The notes below the pieces were generated by a model. It was not told the origin of the DNA and did no database searches. It saw only the letters and a program-made list of their open reading frames with translations. This document shows, piece by piece, positions 20,571-31,406 of a stretch of DNA of 64,000 bases. Origin of the DNA: Selaginella moellendorffii (lineage: Eukaryota > Plantae > Lycopodiophyta); the NCBI RefSeq assembly GCF_000143415.4, contig NW_003314284.1, positions 1,036,693 through 1,100,692 of the forward strand, read 5' to 3'. A program made the position numbers and the translations under genes. The stretch's first letter is position 1, and each line of letters starts with the position of its first letter.

Positions 20571-22759
20571 TCAGCAGATCCTCTGTTTCTTCTGCATACG
20601 GACAATCTCCAGCTGCGGAGGTGTCTTCTTTGGAAGAAAAATGACCACCTGTTGGTTGTCGTACTCCCAAAAGGACTGCATAGTATCGACGGACGAGAAT
20701 TCAAACACAATGCTGAGGCAGCACTCGTCCTCCACAGGCTCCTCGTTGCTGTAAATCTTCACCATGTCCAAACACGTCTTTTGCAGGTCACCTTTCACAG
20801 GGCCAGATACAATGTCGATTCTCCCTGCAGCAACCACAATATCAGTCAGCATGCATCGTCAAGAGGCCACACACCACACTAACCTGCAAATCTCGGTAGT
20901 TTGAGACGGATGACATACTTGTCTTCCGACTCCTTGATGCTGCACAGTTCCCCTTTTGTTGCCTTCAGCTCAGATTCGTACAGCACCAGGTTCCGCTCAA
21001 AGACTCTCGCCTTGAAGACGTTCCGCTGCTCTTTACGGATTTCTATGAGTCTTTGCTGGTATATGTCTTCAACCATTTCCGGCGTCCACGCAAGGAATTC
21101 ATTGCCGACGTGTATCCTCATGAAGCCCTGAATGAAGTTGTAAGCGTCCTCAAGGTCTGTTGCGAGATTGCCAGTAACCAGTTTCTTCCTCTGAAAATGC
21201 GGTGATGAGAACGAGCTGTAAGAATTGAGATCAGCTTACCATATCGGGTTTTACGTAGTAAACCCCGACCAGAAACTTGGAGTTCCTTCGAGTGAGCATT
21301 GTGCCGGTTTTCCTTTCATATTGTTCCTTGCGCGTATCATATTGTGCTTGCAGTTCCTCCAGAGTACCTGGCACCAGCGCATACGATTCCTCGGGGAAGG
21401 AGGTCTTCAACCAGTCTCTCGTACTGGAAACATGCTTCTTGTACGCCCTGAAAGGAAGAATATGAGAAATATGTTTAGTGCTCTCGTCTCACTTACGCGT
21501 AGCTTTCTGGAGTGATCTTGCCGTCGCAGACTGTCACGAATCCAAAAATGTCCAAAATCCCATAGTTGTACACATCGTTGGCCCAAACAAAGGTATACAG
21601 TCGATCAACGGGGTGAAATTCCTCGAGCTCCCTCAAAAGCTCGTTACAGCCAGATGAGCCCGACTGAAATGTGTCCTCGTCTTTCAAACTGGACCAACAT
21701 TCGTTAGTGCCTGCTACGAGGGGAAAACGGATTTAATTTACCTCCATTTAGCTTCAGTGACGGAAACCGGCAGCCAGAACTCGGGGTTCACGTAAGGGTA
21801 ATGCTTCTTCATCCACTGGATTAATTCAACGTTTTTCACTTTGCTCTTGAAGTCGCAACGCCACCGCTGTAGCAGAACGAAGCACGTAAGTTACAGGCAG
21901 GCAGATCATTTCATAAGGCTACTCTTACCTTGGGTTCGTCCTTGTACTCGACCTCGTGGTATTCCCGCATGTCCGTCTTTACCTCGTGAACAGCGTTTCC
22001 GTCGTCGTCACGAATTATCTCACCATTCTCGTCGCGTTGCACGGCATAGAATGTGACTCCTTCCACTTCTGCAATCATATCTCGATCACGGGGAATCACG
22101 TACCGAAAGCCGGGAAACAGCGAGCCCATGTGAATTCTGTCTTGAGACTCAGTAGCTGCCTCAGAAAAGCAGCGCTTCGTCTCAACTGGTCCCCGACTGA
22201 TCTTGTCAAGAATAGAATCAAGTGTTGCCTGCCTCAAGCCCACATAAGTCTGATCCATCTTGTCGTCTGATGGGAAGTTGCCGGAACAAGATACTAGCGG
22301 ATGCTGGAACATGAAGGAGGCTGCAGTTGCTTCGGATGGTGGAGAGTTCAAGAGAGACCTTTTCCTGCTAGGACCCGGGCTAGCCGGGGTAACACGAGGC
22401 ACTGTAACCGGAGTAGCAGGAGGCGCGACCGAGAAAGCCGACAGGGTATCCGGGGTAGCCGAAGGCGTGGGAATGGAAGCCGACGCCGTGGAAGCCGATG
22501 GAACCGGATCTACATCCATAACTACTGGACCTACGGTGCATCTTGCTAGAGCACCCTTAAGTGATAAGCCTTGATGCAGCCCTTGATGTATTTTCTGTTG
22601 ACACTCGGATGCTACTCCTCTGGGAGGCTCTCCGCCACTCAGCCTGTCCTCTATACGCTTGTTAGTCCAACTGTGTTGGACATCAAAAAATCCCTTATCC
22701 CAACACTCGCGAAGCAAATCCTTCTTCATCAGCGACCGTACCCTAATCCTTCTACGCAT
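20571..22759 (-). CDS. Orphan multi-exon protein with C-terminal alpha-crystallin/HSP20-like domain (one unresolved frameshift)
   Basis: About 6 GT-AG-bounded exons. The C-terminus reads SIKESEDKYVIRLKLPRF...IDIVSG...YDNQQVVIFLPKK. The frame cannot be closed near 21690-21740. Confidence 0.5.
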
Positions 22760-23267
22760 TGTCAAAACCTTAATATGGCAAAACCTAATGCACAAGCTAA
22801 TTTATATAGAGTTAGGGAAAAGGAAAAGGTTACTTTATCTAATAAAAGTACCTTTAAATACTTGAATGAAAACTAAAGTTTTAGCAAGCATTGTCTACAC
22901 GATATCATAGACGATAATAAACTGAGGCACAAGCTCATCAAAGTTGAGGATCCCTCCCACTTTGCCGTGACTTGGGAGAAGGCAGTGGAGATGTGATGCA
23001 CAGCTTGGGCCTAGATATCAAACGGGCCGATCATCAGAAGCAGCAGAAGAAAAGGCCTTGCGACTTACCACTCTGCTGCAAACAACGCTGTAAAGCAGCG
23101 GTGGTTGATAGATATGGCTGTCGAGGATATACTAGGCCGAGAGATGCGGCACCATGCTGTGCCGCCCTCCCGCCACCGGAAATCTTTGCCCATGTGCGCT
23201 GCGCCCTTCCCGAACTCTCTTCCAACAATCACACCTATAAGTTGAATTCTTCAAAGTTGACAAAGTC

Positions 23268-24050
23268 CTGTGGAGCGAAGTTCCGGGATCACCAGCAGCT
23301 CCATCAACACCAACGCTCGTCAGTAACGCAATATGAAGGTGTCCGGCCCACGGGACGGGGGAAAGCACTTCTCATGCTTCGTGTGCGGCGCGAAGTTCGA
23401 CTCCCCGCAGTACCTGGACCAGCACTTCCTGGTAAAGCACGCAGGTTACCACTCCTCTGGCCAGTTTCCAGACGCTCTCTCGTTATTTACCCGTGTTTTT
23501 TTAGTGGAGAGCATGCGCAAGGACGACCCGGAACGAGGAAGAGTCATCGCATACTTCCATGCGAAATGAAACCATCCAGGCAGCGAAGCGTCCGTCATTG
23601 ACATCCTCCGCGTGTACAATCCGGTCACAGGGTGAAGCGGTTCGCGGACTACAGAGAAAAGCTGATGGCCCAGAAAGGCAGCAGGTACGGAAAGAATGGA
23701 AACGAGGTCCTGCGCTTCCACGACACGACGGTCTTGTGCGGGCTTCTCCGCAGCAACAGTCAACCAGTCAACCGGCTTCTCCGCAGCAACAGTCACTGTG
23801 CAGCAATCTCTCGTGCAGCCTCAGCAACATCATCCTCGCCGGATTCAAGAAGAAGAAAGCAAAGGTGGATGGATTCCTCCGGTTTGGGCCGGGGATCTAT
23901 GTGACAGCAACCAGCAGCAAGGCAAACTACTATGTCAAGGCCTCCTCGGGTTCCAGGCACCATGCCATGCTCGTTTGTAAGGTTCTGGCCGGGATGGCGT
24001 TCAAGGTGACCGAGGACAGGCCGAGTTATGGCTATCACTCCGTGTCTTGT
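23268..24050 (+). pseudogene. ZnF-ART copy 4
   Basis: Paralog of copy 2. Has a TGG>TGA stop at 23567 plus the frameshift shared by all copies. Confidence 0.75.
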
Positions 24051-25475
24051 GAGATTGGCTATGGTCTGTTGTTTGTTGTTTTTCGTCTTTCGTCCCTTCT
24101 CTGATGTAGCCGATGAGAATGAACACGAGAGCAATCCCGCCGGCCGTGTCAATCTCAAGGAAGTCCTCTGGATCGACCAGATAGTGGGAAATGTTCTTCG
24201 CAAGGTGAGCCTTTCGTTTCTTTTTCCTGGTCACGAAGAAGTTTGCGAAAGAACTTTCTCATATTTGAGACTGATGATGTGTTTCAGCTTAACATGGCTT
24301 TGGAGTATCTTCAACCAGCTTTTGGAAGTGTCATAGTGGATGTGAGTTGCAGGTCCCCTAGGTAATTGACCGAGAGATGGCCATTGGTTGTTAGAACACG
24401 AACTTCTTGTAAGCTTCTGCGCTATATGTGCTTTCACTAGCAACCTTCTGGTGGTTCAAACAGGTTGGAAGATACAAGAACATGTGATTGATAACGAGCT
24501 ATGCACTTACATCCTATAACGAACCCAGAGAGAAAAGGCAACTACAAGAATTATATTGAGGTATGCTATGATTCTCTGATCATCCAAACTAAATTGTGTA
24601 TTTTTTCCAGGTGCTTTGACAGGGATGGTATGACATTTACCTTGGGAGGACAAGTATTATTAGACTTCTAAAAATTAAGAGGAGTTTATCAAGAAGCTGC
24701 TCTATTGTTTGAGGCTCTTGGTCGCAGCACTTCCAATAAATACTTTTGTATTTTTTACTTTTTGTATGTTCACTTTTAACTTGTCTATTCAAGCTTTATG
24801 TAATCGCATGACTTAACATGACTTTTCTCACTGGAAGTTTCTCTTACACTGGCTCTCACTGTAAGTATCACTGTTAAGTTTTGTCTTGAGTTATCCAAGC
24901 TCTTTATACTTGGTGTTTGTATTTTCAGTGCTCCCTGGCCACGATGGAGAAAGGGATTTGGAAGCGAGCAGGCAGGCAAGATCCACTTACATTGTCCAAA
25001 GGAGGTGAAGCCATTCAAGAGGCTTCACTCTCGTCAAGCTTTGAGATTTTTTTCCATTTATTCGTTTGCTAAGTAAATTAACTCGAATTTTGCACGAGTC
25101 GAATTTTAACTTACATTTTTGCTAAAAAAAGCTCCCCGTGGGCCAGGACTTTCGGAGTTATTATGCCTACGTGGCATATTGTTGCACCTATAGTCTTCCG
25201 TGCGCATCGTTCCTAATGTTTTCATGTTCTTGATAAGTTTGCTGGTTGAACGAGTCCTCGGCGCATTTTATTGTTCCAACAACATAGAAGTTTAAAGCTG
25301 CTCCCACTGAAGAACCGGTGCTTTGGGTCTGTGTCCATGCTCTTCCAGGAAACTAGCCGTCAGTAGCTTGAAATTAGAAGTTCATTGCCGTTGCTCATTG
25401 GAAGTCCACATTTTAAAGCAACCTTGTTAATGTTATAGACTTTGGTAATAGACGCCACCCTAAACCTAGGAAGCG

Positions 25476-26661
25476 ATGGCGGGTAGCAGCAGCAGCTCAC
25501 AAGGTAAGAGACTGTTGTGTACTTTGGGACTGATTGAGGCTGAGGCCATTTCCAGGCACACCTCTTTCGGAAGCATCGTCTGTGGCGGAGTTGAGACAGT
25601 TCATCCGCCTGACTTGCTCCTCCTTAGTTTCCGACGTTGTGCTCGAGACGCTCACGGCTGCTGCGGTGACCACAATGGTGCGAAAGAAAGCCATTCATGG
25701 CTTTCGGACGTGCTGCTTCCTGGGCAAGGAAGGCCATGGACGGCTCTACGATCTGGTCAAGCAGCTCGCCCCTACCGCTGGAAAGGTTACTACACACTAG
25801 CTCTTTCCATGTCTCTACTTTTGTTATCTTGTTCCCCAGAAGCAGCTCCATGCCAATCCATTCGCGGACTTCAAAGACAAAGATCGTTGCTTACAGCTGC
25901 CCAAGGATCTCGATTTTCTGCTGGAGGGCTATGACGAGGAACGAGTGAACTGTACGCTCGACTTCGATCTTGGGCTCACCGACGAAGAAGCTAACCAAGT
26001 GACGCTGGCTCTGTCAAAGAATAACTTCCCCGCGTGGCTCATGGAACCATGCACATTCCTCACCTTTGAGGAGAACTTGGATATAAGGGTTCAAGTAGTC
26101 CGGCTCTGGATAAGTGCGTCCAAGCTACCACTCTATGTTGGATGCACCACAACTTGTAAGTTCTGGACTGGTCTTTGGATGATGTAGCTAAAGAATGTTT
26201 CAGTTGAAGAGCTCAGGCAAATGGCAGTGCCGCCGACGGAACCGGCTGACTTCGCTTTAGAAGAGAACCTCCCATCGACGTTCCAGATCAGAATGAGGGA
26301 GACGACGCTGATAGGCATGCACTGGTATTTTGGAACTCGAAAAAGCTTCCAATGGTTTCGAAATTTAATCACGTTGATTGCTTGCAGGTCCAAAACCATG
26401 GGCTGGTCTCTGCAGCATCCGGCGCCTAACGACTTGCCCGAGACTTGCCCGGCCTTCTTCAAGTGTTACGCGAAGGTGCGTTACCCCATCACGAAAACCG
26501 AGGGAGGCTACCCGTCCCACGGTCGGATCACCGGTGATTGCGAGGTTGACAAGATTGAGTTTGAGGAGAGCATGGAAGACGATTTACATGATCTCAAGTG
26601 TAGGGAAACGCCGCGGATGTACAGGCGGCTCGCCGCATTGATCTACTCCAGGGATGTTTGA
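25476..26661 (+). CDS. Orphan spliced gene, possibly intact copy; 3' end uncertain
   Basis: MAGSSSSSQ|G TPLSEASSVAELRQF...LAPTAGK|KQLHANPFADF... can be joined in frame with short GT-AG introns. No recognised domain. Confidence 0.45.
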
Positions 26662-27276
26662 GATTACTACAAGGGAGTTGCATCTTCCGGGATCTCTTTT
26701 CTTTCTTTCTTTCTTTTGCTCGGTAAGATGAGAACACGCATTTTGCTAGTCGGAAAAGGCTTTGTTTCTTTGAGCGCATTGAGCTTTAGGTGTGCCAAAA
26801 ATCCCGCCACAAAAGAGAGCGAACCAATCCATGTAAGTGAACTATTGACATTCGCCCTCAAATCCCATTTCCATGAAACACCGGAAGAACTTTTCAAGCT
26901 TTCATTTGCAAGTTTCTTTGAAGTTCTAGCGAGACTGTTCTACACATTCGCTAGGACAAACAAGTTTACCTCGCTATTGCTGCGTACAAGACCACTATAA
27001 TAGAAGTCGCAGTCCTCGACACTCTCCCCGCAGAGAATCTTTTCGAAACATCCCAGCATTTCCTGTCAAACGCCAGGCTTGCTCTCGCTCGTCTTGGATG
27101 ATGAGTATAGCTGCGCGGTGCGAGCTCCGATCGCAGCTCGGGCAAAGTCGTGGCAGTAGACGATGACACGGTTCGCGAGGCGGCGCAGGCTGTCCACGCA
27201 CCGATTCGCCGTCGACGAATTTTGACACCATGTTATTCCAGATGGTGATGAAGCCACAAACAAGTTTTCTGATCCT

Positions 27277-28850
27277 CTAAGGATCGATCAAGACGACGTT
27301 GAGCTCCGGGAACTTGTCTCTGATGGCAGCCTTGATCCCCAGGCCCAGCGGCACCGGGCCTTTGTATTTTATTTGACACTCTCCCTTGGCAGGATCAACA
27401 GTGGCGAGCTGTACCACACCACCGTAGCCTTCGATGGCGCTTCTCAGCATGTCAATCTGTCCATTCAAGGCCTACGAGCAAGGAACAGAGAAATGAGATC
27501 CATCGCGCGAAGAAAAAGGAGGTGGCTTACTTCAAATGTCAAAGTTACACTTGGCCTGTTGATGTCGACCACTTCTTTCACAGCGTCGCCGAATTTCTCC
27601 CGGAGGACTCGCTCGATTCCCATTTTCATGGTGGACGTGGAGCTGGGACAAGTCCCGCAAGCCCCTGGAAGACGAAACCAAGCACGATCAGCCAGGAGAA
27701 AACAGCTTCTCAAGAGCAAACCTTGGAGTTCCAGCGAGACGGTTCCATCCGCGACCGAGACGACGGCCACATTTCCACCATCAGCTACCAGGTATGGCCG
27801 CACCTCGTCCAGCACCTTGTCAACGTTCTCCGCGGTGAAATCATACGTCTCGGCGGAGTACAAGCCACTGCCCGCTGTGCTGCTCGTGTTGCTCGACTCA
27901 AACGGGCTCACCACCTCGCGCGAAGAAGTCGAAGAAGAAGAATTCGAAGACGAAGAATCAGCGGAGGAGCCAACAGTTTCCATGGTCTGGCCATCGATCA
28001 CACTGCTCCAGTTATCGCCCTCCACGGCCTGCAAGATCTTGAGGCGCCGCAGCTTGGCATCCTCGTCCTCGCCATCGACGTCGTCGTGCAAGTTCTCGCC
28101 CATGGCCTTGCGCAGCTTGAGCTTCTTCTCCTCATACTCCCTCCGCTCGCTCTCGGACATGGACTTGGCCTTGGCGCTGCTCGTCTCCACCACCTTTGCG
28201 GAAGAAGACCAGAGGCTCTGTTCTTCCGGGGAGTTCCCCGGTGGCACGGCCTCGAGCTCTCGGATCCAGCGCTGCTTCTCTTCCTCCAGCCTCGATTTGG
28301 TGACGAGCGATGGATCGCCAAAGAGCTTCACCCTCACAAACGCGCAGCGCTCCTCGCCGGCGCGGGTTCTGTGCGTCTTGAGCGACAGGACGACGTTCCT
28401 GGAGAAGCCAACGTACTCCACCGCCTTGTTCTTGCCATAGACGGCGTAGACCCCCGGGAATTTGATGCTCTCTCTCGCCGAGACATAGCTCTCGAGCTCC
28501 AGGACGCTGGTTCCATCGTCCTCCCCTTCCCGGCCCTGGAATTCCTTGGCGGCGCCGTCGCCGTGGACCTCCGCCCCGGCCTCGCCGTAGAGGAATCCGT
28601 GCAGCCCCGAGTGGCCCTCGGGCACATTCTCATCGCTGACGACGCCGGAGAGGGATTGGAGGCGCTCGGCGGCCGATCCTGGCGCGAGCGAGGCGCGTAC
28701 CTGGTGGAATCCAATCCGGCGGGCTAGCGATGGCGCAGACGATCTGGAGCGCCATGGCGACGAGAGAAGCCCCAGGCCCGATCCCAGGCGCTGCTCGCAC
28801 ACCCTAAACGGTGCCCTAGTCCCGCCAAGGCCGGGAACACTGCAAGCCAT
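27277..28850 (-). CDS. Plastid NFU-type Fe-S carrier with N-terminal GIY-YIG-like domain
   Basis: Transit-like N-terminus; [20 protein letters not shown]; [37 protein letters not shown]; second degenerate NFU domain. Exons 28850-27722, 27664-27531, 27471-27277. Confidence 0.92.
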
Positions 28851-30159
28851 CGTTCTCCTCCTCTCACCTCTCACCTCTCACTCAAACAAGAAATATCCAA
28901 AAGAATATCTAGATATGCCACGTCAGCTTTACAGTTTGCCCTAAGTTAAGAACCCTAAAAGGAAAACTCTAAGAACAGGGGACTAGGAGATCTGACACTA
29001 CCATGTGAAGATGCGAATTCTCTTTTCTAGAACCACGCGGATGGATTGTAAGTACTACGCTGCGGCGCTGCTGGTGGCCATGTGAGGGGTGTAAAGCGAG
29101 TGGAGTGGCGATTCGTGAGCTGCGAGAGAGAGAGAGATTTTCTCTAGTTAAGCTCAATGAGGGCTGGATCGGAGCTGGATTGGAGCTTCCAAGAAAAATC
29201 CGCAGTGCCACTGCCAGAATTGCTGCTGCGCGACAGCCAAAGGGACGAGAGAGACCCTGTTGTTTGGAGCTTTGCCTGTCCTCTCCTCTCTTTTTTTTTC
29301 CCTGCCTTTATATTCTCTTCCACTTCTCAAGTGGGCTATGGGCGAGGAGGAAAAATTGGATTGGAGCGGTGGAGGGCGAGGCCATGCATCCATCTCTGAT
29401 TGATCGCGAGATTGGAGAGGCAAACGTGGCGCTGGATCAATGGGATCTAGGTCGATGCGAGTTATATGCGCACGAGATTCGAAAGGAATCATTGAAAAAC
29501 AATGCCTGGGCGCTGGTGCTGGCGCTGCGATGCCTTACCACGAACGCCTTGAATTGTGGAGCCTCTAGGCCTTCTTTTGTGGACCCGTGATTCCTTCCAC
29601 ACCTTTCCCCTGTTTTTAGCTAGCAACGCCAAATTTTCTTCGCTCGAGATTGCGATCGATCGATTAATCCGTGACGTTTGCTCCTGGAATTGGAAGTGGT
29701 GCTCGTCGCTCCTCTAGGCGATTCGATCGATCACACAAAGCTGTGGAGTGGTGCTCCTCTGGAGAGAGGATAAAAAATCGAATTTTTAAAGAGAGAACCA
29801 CAACGAAAACAAAAAATTTCCTAGAAACTCTGCTGCTCTGAGTGGGATGGAGATGGATCCTGCGAAAGGAAGGAGGAGGGAAGCAAAGGGAGAGGAAAGA
29901 ACGCATTTTTACTTGTACAGAGCTGCCGACTGATCGATCGATCGACGAAGAAGACGGTAAAATAGCCGAAAGAGAACGATCTGTCCATCGTCACGAAACC
30001 GGGAGATCTGGGAGGAGTCTCCAATCCAAATCAGAGCAGCGAGAGCGAGCGAGGAGACAAATCTACGCACACCAATGTAGGAGCAAATCGAGAGAGGACT
30101 GGGAAAATCGAGAGAGAGAGAAGGAAAAAATGGAGCATGGATTGGAAAAAGATCGAGGT

Positions 30160-30727
30160 CTAGAACAGACCCAGCAGCGCGATGGAGCCCAAAACGATGG
30201 AGATGGGAGAGACGATGGCGAGAGCCGAGGATGGAGTGGTGCCGGGGGGACTGGCTGGAGCATTGGCGGAGCCGCCGGGGGTGGGAGCGGTGGGTGGCGC
30301 TGGCGGCGAGGCGGCAGAGGGGACCGGCGCCTCAACCGGGGCCGGCGTCGCAACCGGGGGCGTCGTGGGCGCTGGCGTGGGCGTGGGCGGCGCCACAACC
30401 GGGACTGGTGGCGGCGCAAGGAATCCGGTGGGCGGCGCTGCTGGGACGTCCGCGAATGACACTTCCAGCTTCATTCCGGGACGAACTGCAAGGAAAGAAT
30501 GAAATTTAAGCGTGAAATCCTTGCTACTGCCCAGATCCAAGCAGCATTCCTGAGATTTTTCCTCCTCCTCGAGAATCCTGGATCTCCTTCTCGAGAGGAA
30601 GGAGAAGTTCTCACAAAGAAAACATGGAGGAGTTCTTCGAGAGCTTACCGACATACTCGTTCTCGCCACTGCAAGCTTGGAATGAGACGAGCAATGCTGC
30701 TACTGCGAGGAAGAAAATCTGTGCCAT
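30160..30727 (-). CDS. Classical arabinogalactan protein, likely GPI-anchored
   Basis: Exon 30727-30649 encodes signal peptide MAQIFFLAVAALLVSFQACSG. Exon 30485-30160 is P/A/S/T-rich with AP/TP/SP dipeptides and a hydrophobic C-terminus. Confidence 0.8.
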
Positions 30728-31292
30728 TTTCTCCTTTCCTCCCAAGATCCCGAGCTCTCCTCTCGCAAACTATAGATCGATCTTCCCTGGAATAAGAGAG
30801 AGAGAGAGAACTCCTCGCAAGAACTCTATAAGCAACGAGCGTTCCTTCGTCTTCCCTTCTCTTAACAGGGGAAATTTAACCGGTGCCTCTCCTTTAAAAG
30901 GCAAAGGACCGACCTATTAAAACTTAACATAACGTGGTTTCACATACGAGACGTGTTACGCCAAGTTGTGGGTCCGACGTGGCGGCCGGGTGCCAGCAAG
31001 GCAGCGACGACGACGTGTGAGGGCCCGGACGACACGGCTGGCGCGCACATGCTGCCGCTTGAACACCAATGGTGTCCTGCCACGTAGTTGGTTAGGGTTT
31101 TTCCGGGCATGTCCTCTTCGATGCCAACAAGGGACACACAGTTGGGAATGATGTATTGAATTGGTTCGGAAAAAAAAATTTAGGAGTTATCACACGATTG
31201 CGCCTAGTTGTTTGCCAGCATTTCTCCCATGTTCTTCCAACGTATATGCTTGGCGCGATTTCAATTAAATTCTGACGTAACGTGTTCTTGCT

Positions 31293-31365
31293 TGGAGATG
31301 CCGGGTATCGATCCCAGTACCTCTCGCATGCTAAGCGAGCGCTCTACCATCTGAGCTACATCCCC
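31293..31365 (-). tRNA. tRNA-Ala (AGC)
   Basis: GGGGATGTAGCTCAGATGGTAGAGCGCTCGCTTAGCATGCGAGAGG...GATCGATACCCGGCATCTCCA, 73 nt, with cloverleaf and A/B boxes. Confidence 0.97.
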
Positions 31366-31406
31366 TTAGAAAAATTCGGACCGTTGAGAATAGGGTTCTT
31401 CCGTTC

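Noticed and set aside
1588-28396. Helitron or Pack-TIR element as the carrier of the gene fragments
   Set aside because: No consistent TC...CTRR ends with subterminal hairpin, TIRs or TSDs at module borders could be identified by eye.
27373-28727. 355-aa and 401-aa plus-strand ORFs
   Set aside because: Antisense shadows of the GC-rich NFU exon.
28969-30150. ORFs between NFU and AGP
   Set aside because: Low-complexity UTR/intergenic sequence with no recognisable domain.
31170-31292. Possible dicistronic tRNA-snoRNA, because the first long T-run is ~115 bp downstream of tRNA-Ala
   Set aside because: No C/D or H/ACA boxes found in the interval.
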